Part shown: piece by piece, positions 39,398-47,373 of the stretch
Position numbering within the stretch: the first letter of the stretch is position 1
How the letters are laid out: each line of letters starts with the position of its first letter
The notes under the pieces: model-generated
What the model was told of the DNA's origin: nothing
The model's database searches: none
What the model saw: only the letters and a program-made list of their open reading frames with translations
Translations under genes and position numbers: made by a program
NCBI GenBank assembly: GCA_035650835.1
Contig: DASRGX010000244.1
Coordinates: 6,154 to 70,153 of the forward strand
Direction: 5' to 3'
DNA length: 64,000 nt
Source: Rudaea sp.
Lineage (GTDB): Bacteria > Pseudomonadota > Gammaproteobacteria > Xanthomonadales > Rhodanobacteraceae

Positions 39398-39934
39398 CTA
39401 GCGCCAGCGGCGGTCGATGGTGAACACTGCGGCGCAGCCCTGGTCCACCCAGACGCCGGCGCGATTCCAGCCCCAGGTCCGGCCTTCGATGCATGGCGAA
39501 CCCGAATTCTGCCGATCGAGATAGACGCGTCCGCCGCCGCCGACATCGACGCTGCAGAACGTGTAGCGGTAGCCCTCGCTCGAGCAGCCGATCGTGAAGC
39601 GGCGATCCCATTCCGGCTCCGGACGCCATTCTCCGCCGTAGCGATCGCGGTCGTGGTCGTGGCGGCCCGCCGCGACGAACGTGCCCGCGCAACCGCGATC
39701 GACCCAGAGGAAGCCGCGGCGGTCGACACCCCAGTTCTGGCCGCGGATGCAGCGCGTATCGGACAACTGGCGGACCAGGCGCGCATCCGGCCACGGGATG
39801 TCGCAGCGCGTGTACGTGTAGTTGCGGCTCTGGCAATCCACCGCGCTGTCGTCGTAGTCCTGAGCGCGCACGGCGGAGACCGGCAGCAGGGAAACGAGGA
39901 ATATCGAAATGGCAACGAGCCAACGCACCGTCAT
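39398..39934 (-). CDS. DUF3011-type secreted cysteine-rich two-repeat protein
   Basis: ORF 39398..39934. It has a signal peptide and two repeats: C.S....YTRC...(V/L)..QLS...C..G..WG.....WVD.GC...F. Confidence 0.75.
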   Translation of the reverse strand: MTVRWLVAISIFLVSLLPVSAVRAQDYDDSAVDCQSRNYTYTRCDIPWPDARLVRQLSDTRCIRGQNWGVDRRGFLWVDRGCAGTFVAAGRHDHDRDRYGGEWRPEPEWDRRFTIGCSSEGYRYTFCSVDVGGGGRVYLDRQNSGSPCIEGRTWGWNRAGVWVDQGCAAVFTIDRRWR

Positions 39935-40036
39935 GAGCCTCTCCTTTGGTTGCTGTCGCGATCGACGTTACGAGTGTAAACGAATCCGCCGAACGGGAGA
40001 TGTACACCCGCCGGCGCCGTCGGCGAGCGGAGCGGT

Positions 40037-40381
40037 TCAGTCGGCCGTCGGTGCGGCAGCGCCGGTCGGCTTGCCGGTGGATTTCGCCTTCTCCGCGACT
40101 TTGGCCTCGGGTTTCGACGCTTCAGTCCCTTTCTTCTCGGCAGGTTTCGGCTCGCTCTTCACCTCGCCCTTGTCGGCGAGATTGCGTTTCTTGTCGCCGT
40201 CCTTCTTGAAGTCGGTCTCGTACCAGCCGCTGCCCGCCAGGCGGAACGCCGGCGCCGTCACGCGCCGGCGCACGCTCGAAGCGCCGCATTGCGGGCATCG
40301 CTCGGGGTCGGGATCGCTGAGTTTCTGCAGGCGATCGAAGCGATCGCCGCACGTCGCGCATTCGAATTCGTAGATCGGCAT
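40037..40381 (-). CDS. FmdB-family zinc-ribbon protein
   Basis: ORF 40037..40381. It starts MPIYEFECATCG and contains CPQCG. The tail is Lys/Glu-rich. Confidence 0.85.
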   Translation of the reverse strand: MPIYEFECATCGDRFDRLQKLSDPDPERCPQCGASSVRRRVTAPAFRLAGSGWYETDFKKDGDKKRNLADKGEVKSEPKPAEKKGTEASKPEAKVAEKAKSTGKPTGAAAPTAD

Positions 40382-40502
40382 GGCTCAATCCAAAAACTTT
40401 GCCGGCAAGCCGGCTCCCAACACCTGAAAATAGGTGCTGGCAGCCGTTCATTCAAGTCGGCGGCGCGCACCCGGATGGGCCCTGCGCCGCCCCGCTAGGC
40501 CG

Positions 40503-42905
40503 CTAGAAGTCCCGGGTCACCCGTATGCCGATCGTGCGCGGCTGGACCGGAATGATGTAGGTCTGGTCGCCGCAGATCTGCACCTGGCATTCGGCGTAGC
40601 GCGCGATCTGACCGCGGTTGTCGAAGGCGTTCTTGAGATAGAAATCGAGCGACCACGGCGTGAACGTCATGCCGGCCGAGAGGTCGACCGTGCCGTAGCC
40701 CGGAAGATCGCCGAGGATGTTGTTCTCGGCCGTGCGCAGATCCGACCGGCGCCGCCCGGTACCGAACGCGGCGGCCTGCACGTACGATTCGTGCCCGTCG
40801 ATGTTGAAGTTGTAGCGCGCCGTGATGTCGCCCTTGACGTGGGGCGTGATCGGCAGCCGCGCACCCTTCGGCGCCAGCGGTGCCGCGCAATCGGTGATCG
40901 GGTTGTCGTTGGCGTCGAGCACGCCGCAATAGTTCTGCGTCAGCGCGGCGTTGTAGACCGCGACGCCGCCCGAGATCACGAGGTTGTACGTCGCGGCCCA
41001 GGCCAGGTTCGACTCGAAACCGCGGATGCGTGCCTGGTTGGCGTTGCGGATTTCCGTCAGCCCGTTGGCGCCGACGACGGCGAATTGGAAATCCTTCCAC
41101 TTGTCCTCGAAGATGCTGCCGTTCCAGCGCAGGCGATGGTCGAGCCATTCGGTTTTCCAGCCGAGTTCGTAGTTGTCGAGGAAGTCGGCCAGATACGGCG
41201 GTAGCGTGCCGCGCCGGTTGATGCCGCCCGGGCGGAAGCCTTCCGAGTACGTGGCGTAGAGCATCTTGTCGTCGTCGAGCTTGTACGTGAGATTGCCACG
41301 CACGATGTGGTCGCTCTCCTTGATCTCCTTGTTGAACTCGGTGCAGGGCGCGCCCTCGAACGGGATCTGATTGATGCACGTCGCCTCGCCTTCGCTCGAG
41401 CTGTAGCCCGCCGAAAAGCCGAAAAAGCCCTTGAGCGAATCTTCGGTGTGGAAAAAGCGCGCACCGACCGTGCCCGTGAGTTGGTCGGTAATGTCGTAGG
41501 ACATCTCGCCGAACACCGCCGAGTCGTTGTCGTTGCGCACCTGGCGCGTCAGCCAGATCGTGTTCGGCCAGCCCGTGACCGACAGATCGCTGCCGAGATT
41601 GTTGATCAGATAATCCTGCAGGATATCGTGCGACTGGACCTCGGCGAACGCACCGACCGTGAAGCGGAAGCGCTGGTCGCGCGGCGACGAGACGCGCAGC
41701 TCGTTGCTCGTCTTGCGGTACACGTCGTTCGCATGGATGTGCTGACTCGGGTCGATGAGATTGCCGTTGTTGTCGTGGATGTACGCGCCATAGCCGGCCT
41801 TCACGTCGTACCAGTACGAGTAGTCGCTGTAGTCCTGGTCGTAGTGATCGCTGCGGTTCAAGTGGGCTGCGGCGTAGACGACGTCGAAATTGCCGATCTT
41901 GCCGTGCACGGTCAGCGCCGACTGGATCCAGCGGTCTTCCGAATCCTCCGGGAAGAAATGCGTGACTTTGAGGTCGCCGACGTGCGGGTCGAACGCATAG
42001 ATGCCGTTCACATGGGCGCCCTGGCCGACCACGCTCGGCGTGATCGACCAGTTCTCGTTCAAGTCGATCTTGAGCGCCGCGCGCGCGCCGCGCGTGTCGG
42101 CGAAGTTGTAGTCCTTGCGCGCGAAGCGGCCGTTGTCGATCGTGATGCCCGACGTGGGATACGTGCGCGTGCCGAACACGTTGTCGATGTAGCCGGCGTC
42201 CTGCTTGCTCCAGCCGACGGCGCGCAGCGCCATCCACGAGGTGATCGGGACGTTGACGTAACCCTCGGCGATGTAGCCCGAGCCGCCATGATCGATCGTG
42301 TTGCCCTCGACGCTGACGCTCGCCGAGAACGCGCTCGGGTCCGGCTTGTTCGTGATGATGCGGAGCGTGCCCGCCTCCGAGCTCGCGCCGTACAGCGTGC
42401 CCTGCGGACCGGCCAGCGCCTCGATGCGCGCGATGTCGTAGATGTGCGGGTCGATCGAACCGACGATCGTCGTGATCGGCTCTTCGTCGAGATAGATGCC
42501 GACGCTCGGGCTCGGCCCGGAGTGGTTGCCGTTGCTGCCCGACTCCACGCCGCGCATCGACACCTGGCCGAAGCCCGGCTGATAGGCGCCCTGCGAGGAG
42601 CTCGTCGACACGCTGGGCAGCAGTTTCACCCAGTCGGAAATGTCCGAGACGTTCATCTCGGTGAGCTTGTCCGTGGTCAGCACGTCGAGGCTGATCGGCA
42701 CGTTCTGCGGATTTTCCTCGACCTTCTGCGCCGTGACCGTCAGCGTCTCGAGTTCGGTGGTCTTCTGGTCGGACGATGCGCCGCCGGTCGCCTGCGGATC
42801 GGCGTCGGCGAACGCGAGAGAGAAGCAGGCCAGGTGAATGGCGGCGGCTAGCGGCAGATGTGCAAAGGCGTGGTTGCGACGGGTGCTAACGTTTCTATTT
42901 TTCAT
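40503..42905 (-). CDS. TonB-dependent outer membrane receptor
   Basis: ORF 40503..42905. It has a signal peptide, the TonB-box-like ELETLTVTA, plug motifs (IEALAGPQGTLYGASS), and a C-terminal ...RVTRDF ending in Phe. Confidence 0.95.
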   Translation of the reverse strand: MKNRNVSTRRNHAFAHLPLAAAIHLACFSLAFADADPQATGGASSDQKTTELETLTVTAQKVEENPQNVPISLDVLTTDKLTEMNVSDISDWVKLLPSVSTSSSQGAYQPGFGQVSMRGVESGSNGNHSGPSPSVGIYLDEEPITTIVGSIDPHIYDIARIEALAGPQGTLYGASSEAGTLRIITNKPDPSAFSASVSVEGNTIDHGGSGYIAEGYVNVPITSWMALRAVGWSKQDAGYIDNVFGTRTYPTSGITIDNGRFARKDYNFADTRGARAALKIDLNENWSITPSVVGQGAHVNGIYAFDPHVGDLKVTHFFPEDSEDRWIQSALTVHGKIGNFDVVYAAAHLNRSDHYDQDYSDYSYWYDVKAGYGAYIHDNNGNLIDPSQHIHANDVYRKTSNELRVSSPRDQRFRFTVGAFAEVQSHDILQDYLINNLGSDLSVTGWPNTIWLTRQVRNDNDSAVFGEMSYDITDQLTGTVGARFFHTEDSLKGFFGFSAGYSSSEGEATCINQIPFEGAPCTEFNKEIKESDHIVRGNLTYKLDDDKMLYATYSEGFRPGGINRRGTLPPYLADFLDNYELGWKTEWLDHRLRWNGSIFEDKWKDFQFAVVGANGLTEIRNANQARIRGFESNLAWAATYNLVISGGVAVYNAALTQNYCGVLDANDNPITDCAAPLAPKGARLPITPHVKGDITARYNFNIDGHESYVQAAAFGTGRRRSDLRTAENNILGDLPGYGTVDLSAGMTFTPWSLDFYLKNAFDNRGQIARYAECQVQICGDQTYIIPVQPRTIGIRVTRDF

Positions 42906-42947
42906 GCGGACTTCCCCAGGTCAGTGAAACGCGACGTTTTCCACAAG

Positions 42948-44708
42948 TTAACTTGTTCCCCTCCAGCCTGCGAGAGCGGGCCCCAAGGCTTCCTTCAACG
43001 GCTCGAGCCACGGCTCGAAATGCTGCCAGTGCTCGAGTCCGCCCGTGTAGATCGGCCGGCGCACCTGCTCCGAGCTCGCCGTGCGCACCGGGCGTTCGTT
43101 CTCGAAGAAGCGCAGGCACGCCTCTTCGAACGGCAGACCGCAGTGCGCGAGCAGGCGTCGCACCTCGCCTTCGGTATCGGCGACGAGGTCCTCGTAGATC
43201 ACGCGGTGCACGCGGCCCGGCAGCACGGCGTCGAAGTGCGCCATGAACTCGAAATAATCCCGGTAGTAACGACCGATGTTGTGCAAACCGTACGTGAACG
43301 ATTGCCCGCGTGCGAAATGCTGCTTGAACGCCGAGAAGCAACAGGCGAGCGGATGACGGCGCACGTCGACGATTTTCGCGTTCGGCAGGATCAGCTGGAT
43401 CAGGCCGATGTGTGCGAAGTTGTTCGGCATCTTGTCGATGAAGAACGGGCGGCCGAGCTTGCGATGGATGCGCGTGCGGGCGAGATACTGCTCGCCGAGT
43501 TCGCGCAGCGCATCGCGATCGAGCGCGGCGAGCGCGGCGTGGTAGGCGCCTGCGCGCTTGTCCGTCGCGGCGCGGCGCAGGCTGCGCGTGATGGAGATGA
43601 TGTCGGGCAGCTCCATCGTGCCCTCGACGGCCGAGTGGCTGGCGAGGATCTGCTCGAGCAGCGTCGAGCCGGCACGCGGCAGCCCGACGATGAAGATCGG
43701 ATCGGGCGCGGCGCAACCGCTGCCGGCGCGCGCGGCGAAGAATTCGGCGTCGTAGATGTCCCGCGCGCGGCGCAGCAGCAGGCTCGTGTCGTCGGCGCTG
43801 TACGGAATCTGTTCCAGGCGCATCGCGTTGCCGCGCTCGTAATGCCGGAACGACGCCGCGTAATCGCCACGGTCTTCGAGCGCCTTGCCGAGCGCGAACT
43901 CGAGGCACACGCGCTGGTCCGGCGCGAGCTGTCCGGCGAGCGTCGCCTGCATCGTCGCAAGCTCGGCATCGCCGAAGCGGAACGTCTTCAAATTGGCGAG
44001 ACTCCACCAGGCGTCGCCGAAGGTCGGGTCGAGCTCGAGACACGTTCGATAGGCCGCGATCGCGCGTTCGAGCCTGCCCGCCGTCTTGGACGCGTGGCCA
44101 AGGCTCAGCCAGGCGGGGGCCTGGCGCGGGTGCGCGCGCAGCAAGTCTTCGTAGATGTCGATCGCCTGGGCGTAATCGCCCGTGTGGCACAGCGCCACGG
44201 CTTTGAGATTGCGATACGCCGAATGCGCCGGCTCGTCGCGCAGCAACCGGTCGAGCTCCTCGATCGCGCGCGCCGGCTTGTTCACGCGCGTCAGCACGAT
44301 CGCGTAGTTGTGGCGCGCCTCGCGAAATCCCGGCGCGAGCTCCAGGGCGCGCTCGAGCAGGTGCTCGGCGTCCTCGGCGCGGTCGAGCCGCACGGCGATT
44401 TCGGCGAGCATGCGAATCGCGACGACGTCGGTTGGCGCGCGCTTGAGATGCGCGCGCAGCAGCGCCTCGGCTTCGGGGATTCGATTGGCGCTGACCGCGG
44501 CGGCGCAGCGCATGAGCGCCGCGTCGTGCACGGCAAAGCGCACGTGATTGAGGTACGCCGCTTCGGCGGCGGCGCGGTCGCCGGCCGCGTCGAGCGCGTC
44601 GGCGAGCTCACGCCACACCTGCGGCCGCTGCGGGGCCGCAGCGGCGGTACGGCGCAGCGCCGCCAGATCGGCCTCGAACGAACCCGTTTCCCCAGCGGCC
44701 ACGATCAT
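42948..44708 (-). CDS. TPR-repeat sulfotransferase
   Basis: ATG 44708 (MIVAAGETG...) inside ORF 42948..44738, whose listed start is TTG. It has N-terminal TPRs. The PAPS 5'-phosphosulfate loop is GLPRAGSTLLEQIL and the 3'-phosphate region is VDVRRHPLACCFS. Confidence 0.85.
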   Translation of the reverse strand: MIVAAGETGSFEADLAALRRTAAAAPQRPQVWRELADALDAAGDRAAAEAAYLNHVRFAVHDAALMRCAAAVSANRIPEAEALLRAHLKRAPTDVVAIRMLAEIAVRLDRAEDAEHLLERALELAPGFREARHNYAIVLTRVNKPARAIEELDRLLRDEPAHSAYRNLKAVALCHTGDYAQAIDIYEDLLRAHPRQAPAWLSLGHASKTAGRLERAIAAYRTCLELDPTFGDAWWSLANLKTFRFGDAELATMQATLAGQLAPDQRVCLEFALGKALEDRGDYAASFRHYERGNAMRLEQIPYSADDTSLLLRRARDIYDAEFFAARAGSGCAAPDPIFIVGLPRAGSTLLEQILASHSAVEGTMELPDIISITRSLRRAATDKRAGAYHAALAALDRDALRELGEQYLARTRIHRKLGRPFFIDKMPNNFAHIGLIQLILPNAKIVDVRRHPLACCFSAFKQHFARGQSFTYGLHNIGRYYRDYFEFMAHFDAVLPGRVHRVIYEDLVADTEGEVRRLLAHCGLPFEEACLRFFENERPVRTASSEQVRRPIYTGGLEHWQHFEPWLEPLKEALGPALAGWRGTS

Positions 44709-44792
44709 GCGTGCGTCCACAACGGCATCCTGCCGCAAGAATAGGCGTTCGCTCTCGCAGCCGCAACGTGGCCGGGCCGCCGCGCCGCGCCT

Positions 44793-45734
44793 TCAGGCCT
44801 TGTCGGCATGCCGGTTTTTCGCATCGTCTTCGGCATGCGCGTGGGCGGGCGCCGCGGTGTGCGTCGGTTTCTCAGGCCGATCCAGCGCGTCGCGCAACTG
44901 CGGCACGGCTCGCGCAGCGACCGCTCCGGGACGATCGCCGCCGATCGACAGATGCACGGCACCGCGCGCCGGACCGCGCATCTCGAGATCGAGCTCGTAA
45001 CCGCCGCCCGCCGCCCTGCTCAATCGGCCGGCGACGACGACCGCCGCGAGCGCGCCTCGGAGCTCGTCTTCGCCGCGTACGCCGGTCGCGTGCAGCGAAC
45101 GCAACGCGACTTCGTGCGGATCGACGACGCGGATGCCGTCGCTTTCGAGCAGATTCGAAATCAGTCCCGGCAGGCCGTCGCGGACCCAATCGAGGCCCGC
45201 GTCGCCCGTCGCGTTGTCGATCGGCAGGATGGCCACGCGCACGGACTCGGCATGCCGGGACCACAGCCATGGCGCGCTGCCAAGCAGCACGGCGAGCGCC
45301 AGGGCGACCGGCAGATACCATCGCGCCGGGAGTTGCGCTCGAGCCGAGGTTTCCGCGGCAACTTCTTCCGCGCGTGCCGCAGCACGCGGCTCGGGCGCGG
45401 CCGTGATCGGCGCCACCCAGCGCAGGCTGCGGCCGCGCACCGTGCGGATGATCGTCTGCCGACGGCCATCGTCGCCGACCGCGCGCCGCGCTTTGTATAC
45501 GACCTGGCGCAACGTGTTGTCGCCGACCGGGCGCGTCCCCCATAGTGCGAGAGTGATTTCGCGTCGCTCGACGGCGCGCTCGCGTCTGCCGGCGAGCAGC
45601 AGGATCAAGTCGAACGCACGCTCGTCGATTTCGAGAGGCCGCCCATCCCGCTCCAGCCGGCGATGCAGCGGGTCGACGAGGATCGCTCCGCATCGCCAGC
45701 TCCGCTGTTGCACATCGAACTCGTTGCCGTGCAT
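44793..45734 (-). CDS. membrane-anchored winged-helix (OmpR/PhoB-type, CadC/ToxR-like) transcriptional regulator
   Basis: ATG 45734 (MHGNEFDV...) inside ORF 44793..45812, whose listed start is TTG. The trans_reg_C-like part reads LTLALWGTRPVGDNTLRQVVYKARRAV...RGRSLRW. It has one TM helix (WYLPVALALAVLLGSAPWLW) and a ~150-aa periplasmic domain. Confidence 0.75.
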   Translation of the reverse strand: MHGNEFDVQQRSWRCGAILVDPLHRRLERDGRPLEIDERAFDLILLLAGRRERAVERREITLALWGTRPVGDNTLRQVVYKARRAVGDDGRRQTIIRTVRGRSLRWVAPITAAPEPRAAARAEEVAAETSARAQLPARWYLPVALALAVLLGSAPWLWSRHAESVRVAILPIDNATGDAGLDWVRDGLPGLISNLLESDGIRVVDPHEVALRSLHATGVRGEDELRGALAAVVVAGRLSRAAGGGYELDLEMRGPARGAVHLSIGGDRPGAVAARAVPQLRDALDRPEKPTHTAAPAHAHAEDDAKNRHADKA

Positions 45735-45942
45735 CGAACGTCTTCGCACCGGGCTCGACCGGTGGTGTTTGCGACGAATCGCAGGATAGTCCGGCTCTCC
45801 CCTGCGTGGCAACGCCTCTCAATGACGCGACGTGACGCGCGCTGACGCACGATGACGTGACATCGCCGGCCGACGCCGACAGCATCGAGGCGCCGCCTGA
45901 CGCGGCGGACAGTCGTCATGAACAGAGGGAGCCGGCGTCGCG

Positions 45943-47319
45943 ATGCCGATGTACAAAATGTTGCATTTTTTGCTGGCGGCGGGTTGTCTCGCCGCCGCCG
46001 TCGCTCCGGCGCACGCCGACGACGAGATCTTCCACTCGGGATTCGAAAACGCCGTGCTGTTTCCGGACCTCGCCGACGCAGGGGCGGACGTCAGCGTCCG
46101 ATCCTGGCACGGCACGAGCGGCGGCGCACGCACCGCGATGATCTACGCGGGCGGCGGCGCCGGCGGCAGCGCCACGCCCGTGCGCTACGGCGAGTGCACG
46201 CAGTCGTGCAGCAACGCAGCGAACTGGCAATTCGCCACGCTCGGCAGCTACGGCGCCGCCGGGCTCGGCGGCGGTGCGCGCCTCGCACTCGACGCGAACG
46301 GCCACCCGCGCGCGACGTGGTACTCGCAGGCGAGCGTTGGCGGCAACGGCACCCTGTACTACGGCGAGTGCGATGCCGCGAACTGCGCAGCGCTCGCCTC
46401 ATGGACCATCGCGCCCCTGCTGTCGTTCACGGGCGGGGACTCGATGGCGCTCCTCGCACGCGGCGCCTTCAACCTCGATCCCGCCGGACATCCGCGCATG
46501 CTCGTGCAGGATCTCGAGAACGGCACCTACTACGGGCAATGCAGCGCGAGCTGCACGCAATACGCGAATTGGACGTTCGACCAGTTCACGACGATCAGCG
46601 CGCAGGCCGATCTCGAATTCACGGCGACCGGGCAGGCGCGCGTGGCCTACGAAAGTGCGGCGCCCAACGTCGTCGACGGCGAGGAACTCTACTACGCCGC
46701 ATGCGACAGCAACTGCGGCATCGAAGCCAACTGGCAGGGCGTCGCCCTGCTCGCGGTCAACGACAACCTCGTCGACGAACCGTTTTCGCTCGCGCTCGGC
46801 ACCGGCGGCGTGCCGCGCATCGCGTTCTACTACGACGCCGGCAACGCCCACGAATTGGCCTACGCATGGTGCGGAACGAATTGCAGCACGCCGGGGCAGA
46901 ACGACTGGAAAGCGTTTTCCACCGGCCTGCCGCTGTATTCGGGCTACAAGGGCGTGGCGATCTCGCTCGACGCCGGCGATGTTCCGCACATCGCCTACGG
47001 CGGATCGCCCGACGGCGTCAGCGATACGAGCATCGATGTCGCGGTGTGCATCCAGGGCTGCACCACCTCGCCGACTTGGCAATGGCGCGATATCGCGACG
47101 ACCGCGGACATCCCCGAACCGCCGCCCGATCCTTGCGGGACCGGCTTGTCGCAATGGCAGATCGGCACGTCGCCGGATCTGGCGATCGCGGCGGGAACGG
47201 CGCGTCTCGTATTCGGCACGTACGCCTACTTTTCGTGCATCAGCGGGTACGACTCGAACGGCGACCCGATCTACACCGTGGATGCCTACAACGGACCGGT
47301 CGGCTACGGCGAACCTTGA
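45943..47319 (+). CDS. secreted six-repeat cysteine-stapled (propeller-like) protein, family not recognised
   Basis: ORF 45943..47319. It has the signal peptide MPMYKMLHFLLAAGCLAAAVAPAHA. There are six copies of a Y-x-x-C-x3-C-x4-6-W unit (details under findings). Confidence 0.75.
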   Translation: MPMYKMLHFLLAAGCLAAAVAPAHADDEIFHSGFENAVLFPDLADAGADVSVRSWHGTSGGARTAMIYAGGGAGGSATPVRYGECTQSCSNAANWQFATLGSYGAAGLGGGARLALDANGHPRATWYSQASVGGNGTLYYGECDAANCAALASWTIAPLLSFTGGDSMALLARGAFNLDPAGHPRMLVQDLENGTYYGQCSASCTQYANWTFDQFTTISAQADLEFTATGQARVAYESAAPNVVDGEELYYAACDSNCGIEANWQGVALLAVNDNLVDEPFSLALGTGGVPRIAFYYDAGNAHELAYAWCGTNCSTPGQNDWKAFSTGLPLYSGYKGVAISLDAGDVPHIAYGGSPDGVSDTSIDVAVCIQGCTTSPTWQWRDIATTADIPEPPPDPCGTGLSQWQIGTSPDLAIAAGTARLVFGTYAYFSCISGYDSNGDPIYTVDAYNGPVGYGEP

Positions 47320-47373
47320 GAGGGATCCTTTGCCCGTGATCCCTCGCGTGCTTCGCCCGCGCCTGTCGCCGCG

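Noticed and set aside
47320-47345. 8-bp hairpin GAGGGATC-N10-GATCCCTC between the Cys-repeat gene and clpB as a terminator
   Set aside because: The stem is short, the loop is long, and there is no U-tract on either strand. The evidence is too weak to annotate.
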